Source: an uncultured Planctomycetaceae bacterium (lineage in GTDB: Bacteria > Planctomycetota > Planctomycetia > Pirellulales > PALSA-1355). Taken from it: a stretch of DNA of 64,000 nucleotides. Positions 44,604 through 54,431 of the stretch are shown here, in pieces. The notes below the pieces were generated by a model. It did no database searches. It was not told where the DNA came from and saw only the letters and a program-made list of their open reading frames with translations. Within the stretch, counting starts at the first letter, position 1; the number at the start of each line of letters is the position of its first letter. The DNA is taken from positions 352,001 through 416,000 of the forward strand of contig CAWAUV010000007.1 in the NCBI GenBank assembly GCA_963785305.1, in the 5' to 3' direction. Position numbers and translations under genes: made by a program.

Positions 44604-46230
44604 ATGGGAATCGTTGTCGTTTACGACGAACCGCATCGCCAAGCCGCGGAGATCGTGGCCACGGCGCTGGGGCGTTCGTTTACCCGCGCGCAAGTTTCGC
44701 GTGTTTTATACGCCGACGCGCTCTCGGCGCCCGGCGATCTCCCGTCGGCAGCGGCGCTCATCGCCCCGCCTCGGGCGGCGAGCCCCTTGGTGGCCCGCAT
44801 GCTGACCAGCGGCCGCAAGCTACTGGCGCTGGGGCCGATCGAAAACGATGTGGCCGAACTGCTGGGCCTTGCAATCGACTCGCCCCAGACTTCCGAGGGC
44901 GAGGGCTCCGGCGTGGGCGGGCCGCGAGCGGCCCTTTGATTCCGCGCTCGCCCTGGCGCCGGTGGACCACGCGCGGCATCACGATGTTTCACCCGGCGGA
45001 GTGCGCTATACCGATCATCCGCTTGCCCGCCTGTCGCCCCTGCCGACGCGAGCTCTCACGCGGTTTGATTTTCAAAACGAATGGAACAACCTCGGCTATG
45101 GCCGGATCTCGGTCGATGGCAGCGCCTGGTCGCTGGCCGTGATCGCCCGGCCCTTGGGGAGCGCGCCGAAGGTTGCGAGCCGATCGCCTGGCTCACCGGC
45201 CCGGGCGACGCGCTCTACGCCTCGCTGCGCGACACCGGCTCGGGCGCCGGTCTTTGGTTCAATCGCGCCGTGGGCCCGGTCGACAGCGGCGAATGGCGAA
45301 TCGTCGAAGCGTTTTTCGCCGATTATCGGGCCGACGACTTGCCGACGTTTCCGGCCCTGGCCGAGATACCGGCCGGCTATGCGGCGGCGGCCGTGATGCG
45401 GCTCGACTGCGACGAAGCGATTCATGCCGCCCGCCCGCTTTGGGAGATGTATCGCGACCTTCGCTTCCCCCTTTCACTAGCAGTGCTCACCGGGCAAGCA
45501 ACCCAGGCCGATGATATTCGCCTCCTCGAAGAAGTGGCCGCGGGCGGCGGCGCTTTGGTGGCCCACTCGGTGACGCATGCTCCGAACTGGGGCGGCAGTT
45601 ACGAAGCGGCCCTGCGCGAAGCCCGCGGCTCGAAGCAGTGGCTCGAGCGCCATGCGCCGGGCTCGGCGCCGGTCGAATTCGCGGTGTCGCCATTTCATCA
45701 AAACCCGATCCATGCGGTGCGGCGCTGGCCGATGCGGGCTACGCCGGCTTCGTTGGGGGCATCATCGCCAACGATCCCGAGTTTTTGCTCGGCCGCGCCG
45801 GACAAGTTCCCTTTCTCGCGAAACCTCTCGTCTCGCATAGCGCGCAGTGCATGTTGCATGGCGACTGTTACCACCGAGCCGGCGATTCGATCGAGGTGTA
45901 CCGCGAAAGTTTCGACAATCATGTGCGGGCCCAAAGCATTTTCGGCTTTCTCGATCATCCGTTTTCACCCCGCTATCAATATGGCTGGAGCGACGAGCCG
46001 ACGCGCCTCGCGGCGCATGCCGGCCTGATCGCGACATCGCGCGAACGGAGAACGTCTGGCGGCCCGACTTGGCGATCATGTTGCGGTACTTGGTGCGCCG
46101 CAACGGCGCGAACATCACCGCTCGGGCCGAGTCGCGCGTCGAATGGCGTCATGCCTCGGCTGGCGCGGCGGGCGGTTTGCCGCGATTGGCCGCTCGCTGG
46201 AAAGGACAAGTGCATGTCGAACCGTCTTGA
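44604..46230 (+). CDS. Polysaccharide deacetylase-like protein (several frameshifts)
   Basis: RLDCDE, HSVTH, SPFH motifs spread over ORFs 44589, 45081, 45638 and 45847. Confidence 0.7.
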
Positions 46231-47479
46231 ACTTGGCGCGAGCGAGGTTGGCGCTCCGGCGCTCGCGGCGCCGAAGGAAGTCGTTATCTTCTCGACAGCC
46301 GATTGGGATCATCCGTTTTGGACGAATAAACAGCATGTCGCGGCTCAACTCGCGGCCTTGGGCACTCGCGTGCTCTATGTTGAATCGCTCGGACTGCGGA
46401 GCCCAACGCTCGGCGCCCGCGACCTGGGCCGCATTGCCCGGCGCGCTCGTCGCGCCGCCAAGCCGCTCCGCCAAGCGCGAGAGAATCTCTGGGTTTTTTC
46501 GCCGATCGCGCTGCCCTGGCATTCGCGGGCCGCGGTTCGTTGTGTCAATGAATGGCTGCTCGGCGCGACACTGGGGCGAGCGCTTCGCCGCCTGGGGTTC
46601 CGCACGCCAATCGCCTGGACCTACAATCCGCTCGCGCTGCCGATCATCGAGCGGTTGGCGCATTCGATGATCGTGTACCACGCGGTCGATGATTTGTCGG
46701 CGGCGCCGCATATGCCCGCCGCGGCGATTCAATCGGCCGAGCTCGCGATCGCCGGCGCGGCCGATCTCATCTTCACGACCAGCCCCCGGCTCCAATCGCG
46801 CTTCGTGAAGCTCAAAGGCGAGGGCGTGCATTATCTGCCAAATGTGGCCGACTACGCGCACTTCGCCCAAGCGCGCGAAGCCGGCCTGGAGCCCGACGAT
46901 GTGGCGGCGATCCCGCGACCGCGGCTCGGCTTCGTCGGCGCGCTGAGCGCGTATAAGGTCGATTTCGAGTTGCTGCTCACCGTGGCCAAGCGTCGACCCG
47001 AGTGGCACTGGGTGCTGATCGGCCAAATCGGCGAGGGGCAACCGGGCTCGCGCGTCGGCGAGCTCGAGCGGCTGCCCAATGTGCATCTTTTGGGACCCAA
47101 GCCCTATGCCGAACTGCCGGCATATTTGCGGGCCTTCGATGTGGCGACGATTCCGGCCGCGGCCAACGACTACACGGCGTCGATGTTTCCGATGAAGTTC
47201 TTCGAGTACCTTTCGGCGGGCAAGCCGGTGGTGGCCAGCAACACGCCGGCGCTCGAGGCTTATCAAGACGCCTGCCGCTTGGTCGATTCGGCGGCGGGTT
47301 TCGAATCGGGCATCGACGACATCCTGCTTGGCGAAGGCCCATCAAAGGAAGCTTGCGACGCGCTCGCTCGTCGCTTTACCTGGCAGTGGCGCATGCAAGA
47401 AATGCTCGAACACCTTGGCGCCGCCGAGCAACCGGCGGCCAGTCAGACCAAAGCTCCGCCTCGCCGCGGGGCGGCGTGA
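46214..47479 (+). CDS. GT4 (GT-B) glycosyltransferase, TuaH-like
   Basis: WTNKQH, YHAVDD, PNVAD, GFVGAL, PMKFFEYLSAGKPVV. Confidence 0.92.
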   Translation: MSNRLELGASEVGAPALAAPKEVVIFSTADWDHPFWTNKQHVAAQLAALGTRVLYVESLGLRSPTLGARDLGRIARRARRAAKPLRQARENLWVFSPIALPWHSRAAVRCVNEWLLGATLGRALRRLGFRTPIAWTYNPLALPIIERLAHSMIVYHAVDDLSAAPHMPAAAIQSAELAIAGAADLIFTTSPRLQSRFVKLKGEGVHYLPNVADYAHFAQAREAGLEPDDVAAIPRPRLGFVGALSAYKVDFELLLTVAKRRPEWHWVLIGQIGEGQPGSRVGELERLPNVHLLGPKPYAELPAYLRAFDVATIPAAANDYTASMFPMKFFEYLSAGKPVVASNTPALEAYQDACRLVDSAAGFESGIDDILLGEGPSKEACDALARRFTWQWRMQEMLEHLGAAEQPAASQTKAPPRRGAA

Positions 47480-47524
47480 CTTTCGATAGTCGATTAGCAT
47501 CGGCCGCGCATTCGTGCTGCCGCT

Positions 47525-48414
47525 TCAGTCGAGCGAATAGGTTAGCAGCAACCGGTCGGCGACGACTTCGGTCTCCAGCGTTTTTCCCGCGAGCTGAAAG
47601 CGACGCAGCATCGATCGGCCACAGTCGATAGGGACTTCGCTTTCGAAGAGTCCCTTTGGAACCGAAACATCGCAAACCTTATTGCCCGAGCGCTTGCTGC
47701 CGTCAATGGAAAGCGCAACTCGTGCGCCTCGCGACTTGCACTTCGCAATCGAATCGAACAGCCGCTCGATGCTGAACGCTTGGGCTCCGTAGAGGATTCG
47801 TTGCGTGTCCACATAAGGCGGATCGCAATAAACGAGATCATCGCGCTTTGCCTTGCTCATGGTGTCGGCGAAGTCCGAATGCTTGAAGCGAGCGCCTTCA
47901 ACCCGGACATGCCACTGGTCCACGCGCTCAGCAAATGATTTCGGAGAGATTGGCCGTTGCGGACCGCATGGCGTGGACATGTGCCCATCGGCTTTGCGAA
48001 AGCGCACGATTCCGCCGTAGCAAGCGCGGCAGAGAAAAGCGAGATCGGCGCCATTGGGCCGGGCATTGAACGCCGTTTTAACTTCCTCGTAGGCAGGCTG
48101 CTGACCTCGCTTGCCGACAAGAGCCCACCGCTCGGCGTAACACTGTTTGAGTTGTTCGGGATGTTGGGCCAGCATTTCCCAGATTTCAATGAGCGGAGAA
48201 AAGGCATCCGACCCGATGGCTGAAACAGGCGCGAGCGTGGCCAGCACGGCGCCACTTCCGAGAAACGGTTCAAAATAGGTGTTAAACCGCCGCGGGAAAT
48301 ACGAAACGATTTGCGGAGCGAATCGCTGCTTGTTGCCCACCCATTTCAGGAGTTGACGCTTGAGCGGGGCCGGGCGGCGCGGGAAAAATCGGAGAAAGGG
48401 AGATCGAGTTGCAT
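47525..48414 (-). CDS. DNA adenine (N6) methyltransferase, Dam/D12 family (indel near the N-terminus)
   Basis: LKWVGNK, YFEPFLGSGAV, VYCDPPY in alpha-class motif order. Confidence 0.93.
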
Positions 48415-48460
48415 GATGCTCGCAGACGTAAAGCCCTCAAGTTAAAGCGATTCCTCGATT

Positions 48461-48475
48461 ATCCGAAGTTGGGAT
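48461..48475. promoter_or_regulatory. Putative controller-protein operator ATCCGAA-G-TTGGGAT
   Basis: 6/7 inverted repeat in the 91-bp spacer between the divergent MTase and HTH genes. Confidence 0.45.
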
Positions 48476-48505
48476 GTTTTGTCAACTATTGCAAAATCAT
48501 TCGCT

Positions 48506-48772
48506 ATGGATAAGTCCATCCACAGTCCCGAGCAGCAGGCCCTGTTGCGCGTGCTCCGCCAACTCCGGTGCGGCAGTGCGATTAGCCAAGAAGATCTCGC
48601 GCGACGCCTCGACGAACATCAGTCGTTCGTTTCAAAGTATGAATCGGGTGAAAGGCGATTAGACATCCTCGAGCTGCGGCAGATTTGCGCGGCGCTTGGA
48701 ATCTCGCTTGCCGACTTCATTACCCGCCTCGAAGAAAATATCCGCGAATGCAGCCCAACAAAGAATTTCTGA
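48506..48772 (+). CDS. XRE-family HTH regulator (putative R-M controller protein)
   Basis: SQEDLARRL...QSFVSKYESGERRLD; overlaps the start of the downstream nuclease gene. Confidence 0.9.
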   Translation: MDKSIHSPEQQALLRVLRQLRCGSAISQEDLARRLDEHQSFVSKYESGERRLDILELRQICAALGISLADFITRLEENIRECSPTKNF

Positions 48773-49689
48773 AACAGCCAAAACACTTCTGGGCCAACAT
48801 CCGGACAATCAGCCAAAAGGTCGGTTACACACAGCGCATGGCGCGCACCCGAGGCGTGCGCGAACTGCCCAGCCGAATCAAGATACCCAGCATCGCGGAA
48901 ATCGAGACGGCCTTCCGAACGCTCGACCTCGATTCGAACCATTTGTTGACGTCCAGGCAGAAGCCGACCAAACTCGGCGCGACGGTCCTCCGCTATTTCG
49001 AGTATCGCGCGAACGTGCTGAACGACTTCGTCGAGCCACGGCTGATGAATGCCGATCAGGCGGCGGCGGTGTTCGACGACGCGAAGCGCCGGCATCGAAT
49101 TGGGTTTTCGGCGCCGATGAACAAGCAAAGCGGCGACCTGAAAAAGCCAGCATATTTCACGGGAATTATCAATATTCTCATCGAGCAACAACTCGCCGGA
49201 CTGCCCTGCAATTACAATCCGCAAGAGCTCACGACGATCACCAGAAATCGGCAACCGTTTCGCACCTTGGCTCGGCGAGTTGACGGCGCGTTTCCCGGAC
49301 CCGTCGATCCGCTCGCGATTTGGGAGATCAAGGAGTATTATTTCACGACGACCTTCGGCAGCCGCGTCGCCGATGGCGTTTACGAGACCTTGCTCGATGG
49401 AATGGAACTCGACGAACTTGAAACCGGACTGCGGACCCTTGAGCCGGCGGAACGCCGACGGGGCGCATATCGTTCCACTGGCCATACCCGTCCAAACATC
49501 GAGCACTTATTGATGCTCGATGCGCATTTCACTTGGTGGATGAAAGGCCGATCCTACCTTTGCCGGATTATCGACATGTTGCATATGGGCTATGTCGATG
49601 AAGTGCTCTTTGGACGCGAGGTGCTTACACGAATTCCCGAGATCGTCGGCGTCTGGATCAGAAAATACAACGATCGAGAAAGCCAATAG
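48748..49689 (+). CDS. Putative type II restriction endonuclease (PD-(D/E)xK-like)
   Basis: RRVDGAFP...WEIKEYY; M-divergent, C-R arrangement; more AT-rich than the flanks. Confidence 0.72.
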   Translation: MQPNKEFLKQPKHFWANIRTISQKVGYTQRMARTRGVRELPSRIKIPSIAEIETAFRTLDLDSNHLLTSRQKPTKLGATVLRYFEYRANVLNDFVEPRLMNADQAAAVFDDAKRRHRIGFSAPMNKQSGDLKKPAYFTGIINILIEQQLAGLPCNYNPQELTTITRNRQPFRTLARRVDGAFPGPVDPLAIWEIKEYYFTTTFGSRVADGVYETLLDGMELDELETGLRTLEPAERRRGAYRSTGHTRPNIEHLLMLDAHFTWWMKGRSYLCRIIDMLHMGYVDEVLFGREVLTRIPEIVGVWIRKYNDRESQ

Positions 49690-49717
49690 CGCCACGAAGC
49701 CATGGTAATCAATCCCT

Positions 49718-51523
49718 TCACCGCGTCGGCTGGCCGGCGCCGGTGATCGGGGTCAATGTCACGCGGGTCACGCGGTAGCGGCAGTCGTAGGCGCCGAGGA
49801 ACAGCGTGTCGTCGTGCGGCGTCTTCCAATAATCGCTCAGGCTTAGCTGCTTGGCGTCGCCTTGCCAGTCGAGCAGCGGCTCGCCATCGCAGGCGACGCT
49901 GACGGAACCCTTCTTCACGCGGCATACAATCTCGGCCGGTCGATTCTTCATGAACACCGGTCGCCGCTCGGTCGAGAGGTTGCCCACGTTCTTGCCATCG
50001 ATGTTCTCCAGGGCGCTCACCGGCGGCTTGTCTTTTTGCGCATAGTTCACCAGCACCGCGAAACGCTGGCCGCCCAGCCGCTGGCCGAGCAGGAAGCCAT
50101 TGGGTTCGTCGAGCGGCTCGACGATCGCCACCAGTTCGTATTCCTCCGGCGCACGATAGGGCAACTCGATCCGGGCGCCATATTGCTTGGGCGATGTGAG
50201 CACGCCATCGACCTTTTCCCAAGTGCCGGCCACGGCGTCTTGCTTCGTGTCGACCAGCGCGAGCAGATCGACCGCCGCTTCGAGCGGCTTGGGCTGAACT
50301 TGGATTTGCGCCGTCGTGTCTTGCGCGACCGCCTCGCGCGATCCGGCGACCGGCAGCGGAAAAACGTCGGGCTTTTCGCGCACCTGAAAATAACCCCAAA
50401 TCTCGGCCTCGCGGCCATCGATCAGCTTCGCCTCGACGCGGTAACTCACCGGCGTGGGGCGATCGAATACCGCCAGCGGCAGCGTGCTCGGCGCCGCGAC
50501 GCCTTGCGACGCGTCGGCCGCTGAACCGGGTTCCTTTGGTTCGTTTGCCGGCGACGCGACATCGACCCAAGGGCCATAAAGGTCGGTTTGAATCCGCACG
50601 CGACATGACTTCACCCGCGCCCCCTCGGGCCAAGTGAGCCGCAGCGACGCCGGTTCCCCAGGCTTGGGAATCAGTGGCTCGGGCACGGCGGTGAATGTGC
50701 TGAACAGATCGTTTTTGCGGTCTTGCGGCTTCTCGGGCGCGGTCCAGCCAAGGCGTTTCTTTTGGGCGTCATCGAGCCACGATTGGCTGAGCCAACCGCG
50801 ATATTGCCCAAAGCTCATCACCGATCCGTCGCCTGGCTGGGGATGCGGCAAGCCCACCGTGTGGCCGACGCCTTCGTGGTACACGACGCAATCCGTGCCG
50901 GAATAGGGCACGCGCCAACCATCGCCGCTGACGATCCCCCAGCCGACGCCGCGCTCGGCCAGATACGTGGCTCGTGCTCCGCCCGAGGGAGCGCCGGGGG
51001 AATGGCGACCCTCGGAGTAGCTGCCCTCGAATTCGAACTTGCCGTTTTCGGTCGGTTTAAGGCGATAGAAATCATCGAGCGGTCGCCAGTTGATGTCGCT
51101 CAGCACCAGCAAGATCGGATAGGACTCGTGGGGCGCCTTGCCGAATTCAAGGGCCGCGTCGACCTCTTCGAGCGTGCGAAAGAAAATAAAATCGGCGTCG
51201 CGCTGGCGAAGCTGACGCGTGGCGCGGCTCGAGATAAAAGGCGTCGGACGAATCACGGTTTTGAGCGTCGATTGCCCCTCGAATTCGCGCGCATGAAACT
51301 GTTCGATGCGCTTGCAGTAGTAATCGACGCGCTCGCGCCAGTCGGGGAGCGGCGCGCGGTCTTGCGGCACGAAATACACCACCGTTACTTCGATACGATC
51401 GATCGGATGCTTGCCGTCCCAAGTGCGGAGCTCGCCGCCGTCGGCAATGCCGACCCCGGCGAGCGCCAGGAACAACACAATCCAGGAGCGCGATAACAAA
51501 GGGGCGCCGAGCAAGCGAGTCAT
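49718..51523 (-). CDS. Secreted metzincin-like zinc metalloprotein
   Basis: Signal peptide; HEGVGHTVGLPH followed by an SVMS Met-turn. Confidence 0.7.
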   Translation of the reverse strand: MTRLLGAPLLSRSWIVLFLALAGVGIADGGELRTWDGKHPIDRIEVTVVYFVPQDRAPLPDWRERVDYYCKRIEQFHAREFEGQSTLKTVIRPTPFISSRATRQLRQRDADFIFFRTLEEVDAALEFGKAPHESYPILLVLSDINWRPLDDFYRLKPTENGKFEFEGSYSEGRHSPGAPSGGARATYLAERGVGWGIVSGDGWRVPYSGTDCVVYHEGVGHTVGLPHPQPGDGSVMSFGQYRGWLSQSWLDDAQKKRLGWTAPEKPQDRKNDLFSTFTAVPEPLIPKPGEPASLRLTWPEGARVKSCRVRIQTDLYGPWVDVASPANEPKEPGSAADASQGVAAPSTLPLAVFDRPTPVSYRVEAKLIDGREAEIWGYFQVREKPDVFPLPVAGSREAVAQDTTAQIQVQPKPLEAAVDLLALVDTKQDAVAGTWEKVDGVLTSPKQYGARIELPYRAPEEYELVAIVEPLDEPNGFLLGQRLGGQRFAVLVNYAQKDKPPVSALENIDGKNVGNLSTERRPVFMKNRPAEIVCRVKKGSVSVACDGEPLLDWQGDAKQLSLSDYWKTPHDDTLFLGAYDCRYRVTRVTLTPITGAGQPTR

Positions 51524-51597
51524 GGGAGGCGTCTCGTCTCGTGTGTTGGAAAGCGAAAGATTTGCAATCTGTTTTCAATCAGCGCGCGTGGGCATCT

Positions 51598-52567
51598 TCA
51601 CCCGATGCAAGCCCGGCGATCCGGCCCCGCGGGTATTTCAATTCCCCAGCAAAAGGGATCGCGCTCGTCGAGCCGGAGCGTCGCCTCGGCGGAGATGAAC
51701 GCGCGTCCCGTGATCGTGGGAACTATCGAGCCGGTTTCCCGATCGAGCCAGCGATATTCGGCCGTGAACACGCTGCCGATGATGCTCTGCTGGGTCCACA
51801 TCGCGCCGGCTGCGAGTTTACCATCGGCGGCCAGCGACGCCAATTTCGCGCTTGTGCCGGTGCCGCAAGGCGAACGATCGTAGGCCAAGCCTGGACAGAG
51901 CACGAAACTTCGCGCCGCCGGTCCGGCGATGCCGTGCGCCGGGCCGAATAGTTCGACATGATCCACTTCCGGAAAGCCCGCCGCGCGAATCGCCTCGCGC
52001 GCTCGCTGAGCATAATCGGTGAGCCGGGAAATCTGATCGTACTCGAGCGCGAGGCCATGCGAGTCGATCAAGTAGAACCAATTCCCACCCCAAGCCACAT
52101 CGCCCACGATGTGTCCCAGTCCCGGCGCCTCGGCCGCCACATGTTTGGCCTTGCGCCACGAGGCGACGTTTTCGACCGACACGCGACCATCGTCGTGCAA
52201 GATTGCCGTCACCGGGCCGACGACGGTTTCCAACCGCACCGGGCCGGGGCCGATCGTGCCCAGGTGGGCCAGGGTGGCGACGACGCCGATCGCGCCGTGC
52301 CCACACATGCCCAAGTAGCCGACATTGTTGAAGAACACCACGCCGGCGGTGGAATCGGAGTGCTCCGGCTCGCAAAGAAGGGCGCCCACGAGGCCATCGT
52401 GTCCGCGCGGTTCGTTCACCACCGCCGCTCGAAAGCGATCGTGGTCGCGGCGAAATACCTCGAGCCGTTCGGCGATCGGGCCCGCGCCCAGACTCGGTCC
52501 GCCGTCTAGCACGACGCGCAGTCGGCTCGCCGCCCGTGTGGGAATCGACAATTCGCACCAGACGCAT
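51598..52567 (-). CDS. 4-hydroxyproline epimerase / proline racemase family (frameshift near 52520)
   Basis: [18 protein letters not shown] and DRSPCGTGT (Cys/Cys catalytic pair). Confidence 0.92.
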
Positions 52568-52671
52568 CGCGCTTCCTCCCAACGAGCTCCGCCGATCTCG
52601 GATCGAGCGCTTTGATGTTGCAAATCGGCGCCGCGCCAGCGCCAGCGGTCCGGCGCCTCGCTCCGCGACGA

Positions 52672-52977
52672 TCAGGGATGTTTGGCCGCAATCTTGGGGT
52701 CGATCGGGCGCCCGTCAATGAAGATCGTGGGTCCAGTGACTTGCGGCGGTTGGTTCGCGGCGGTTTCATCGCCCGCGGGCCGGCGGCCATCAAACGGACG
52801 CCGCGGCACATATTCTTGTTCGATCCATTGCCGCTCGGCTCGCAGCCAGTAGTCTTCTCCACTTCGGTCGGGTTGGCCCGCCTCGCGCCAGAGCTGGTAT
52901 GCCCTCGCGCGAATCAGTTCCTCGCAAGCGGCCCTTTCTTGGAGCGTCAATTCCAACGTGTCTAACGATATCGCCAT
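52672..52977 (-). CDS. DUF2934 domain protein
   Basis: IRARAYQLWREAGQP...EDYWLRAERQ. Confidence 0.85.
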   Translation of the reverse strand: MAISLDTLELTLQERAACEELIRARAYQLWREAGQPDRSGEDYWLRAERQWIEQEYVPRRPFDGRRPAGDETAANQPPQVTGPTIFIDGRPIDPKIAAKHP

Positions 52978-53212
52978 CGGGACCGCCTCCGTGAGCCAGA
53001 ATTCGCGACCGTTGATTTTTTTTGCGAGCCCGTTCAACGCGCTCGATTTCATGGTTCCCGGGGGAAGGGGCGAGATGCTTGGATTCGCGAAGTTCGCTGG
53101 CGTCGCCCAGGATGATTTCCGCGTCGCGGGCGATTCTTTGGCCGTGAGACTCGCGATCGCGGGACCTTTACATGGGCGCCGACCGGCTCACGGAACTTCG
53201 CGAGTCATGATT

Positions 53213-53992
53213 TCAGGCGACGGCCAGGGCACGATTTTGGCGGCGGCGACGGATCAGCCAACCGCAGCCCAACACGGCCGCCACGCCCATGAGCACGAAG
53301 CTGCTCGGCTCGGGCACGGCCACGGTGATGGCTTGCAGCGAGTAGTCGCCGCTTTGGCTCGACGCCAGGGCCACTTGCACTCCGGTGACATTCGCCATGT
53401 TGAACCCGGCGTTTTGGCTGAACGACGACAAGGGGAAGTTCGCCGTCGTGGCGCTCGACATGGTCGCGATCGTTTCTTGCAGTTGGGCGGTGGGGCCACC
53501 CACTCCGCCGCTGGTCAGCGTGACCGTGCCGCTGATCGGGTCGCCATTGGTAAAGAACTCGACCGCGAAATTTCCGGTCGGCAGGAAAGCCATGCCGCTC
53601 GAATCGGTGTAGTTGAGCGTGATCGCGCCGCCGGCCGGGGCATTGAAATTGGCATTCAACTCGTCGGCCTGCGCGGGCGAAGTCTGACCCGTGGTTTGAT
53701 AGCCGACCGAGAGCGCGAGCGAGGTCGAGGTCGGCGTGCCATTGACGCTTAGTTCCATGCTTCGGCTCGAGCCAAAGCCATTGTTGCCTGCGGGGAAGGG
53801 TTCGGTGACCGTGCCGTTGTTGGCCATTCCGCTGGTGACTTCGTAGAAGCTGTATCCGGTTCCGACGGCCGGCGTGGGCGCGAAGTCGTCGATGTAGATC
53901 GATTGGGCCTGGGCGCTCGAACCGGCCACGAGGGCGGCGGCGAACACGAGGGCAAGCGAAACACCGCAACGAATCTGGCTATTGCGTGACAT
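53213..53992 (-). CDS. PEP-CTERM sorting-domain surface protein
   Basis: Signal peptide ...SAQA; Ser/Thr-rich body; VPEPSS, TM helix, RRRRQ. Confidence 0.93.
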   Translation of the reverse strand: MSRNSQIRCGVSLALVFAAALVAGSSAQAQSIYIDDFAPTPAVGTGYSFYEVTSGMANNGTVTEPFPAGNNGFGSSRSMELSVNGTPTSTSLALSVGYQTTGQTSPAQADELNANFNAPAGGAITLNYTDSSGMAFLPTGNFAVEFFTNGDPISGTVTLTSGGVGGPTAQLQETIATMSSATTANFPLSSFSQNAGFNMANVTGVQVALASSQSGDYSLQAITVAVPEPSSFVLMGVAAVLGCGWLIRRRRQNRALAVA

Positions 53993-54312
53993 GTTCGTCT
54001 TCCTGGAGATCGAAGACGAGCCATTGTCACCCGAGTCGGCCTAGCACTTTACCCCGCGAAGAACCGCAACAATCCGCGGATTCTCAAGGGGGCCCGTGTA
54101 AAGACCGCGCTGCATTAGACTGAGCAGCGCGCCCCAATAGGTCGATGACCGCAAAACGCCAGAAGGCAATACAGAAAAGCATTCCGAACCGCAATCGCGG
54201 CCCGATGCCTCCGGCAGATGTTTTTGCGGCGGGCTTAATGAGCCCGTCCTCGACCTCATGAGCATCTCAATTGGGGTTTTTAGAAGGGGACAGTTCTCCT
54301 GTCCACACCCCA

Positions 54313-54341
54313 ATATTAATATAACCGCTAGGACCTGTCAA
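54313..54341 (-). promoter_or_regulatory. Sigma70-type promoter of the PEP-CTERM gene
   Basis: TTGACA (54341-54336)-N17-TAATAT (54318-54313); upstream A/T tract at 54352-54364. Confidence 0.65.
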
Positions 54342-54431
54342 CTACCTGCAGAAAAAATTTTTTTGCTTCCACCGGCATAAGTCGGACACATCGCCAAACC
54401 ACCGGAATCGCGACCCTCGAAAATCACGCGA

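Noticed and set aside
45638..47479. 613-aa deacetylase-glycosyltransferase fusion
   Set aside because: The deacetylase finishes in another frame at 46230 and the GT has its own AAGGA RBS and ATG at 46214.
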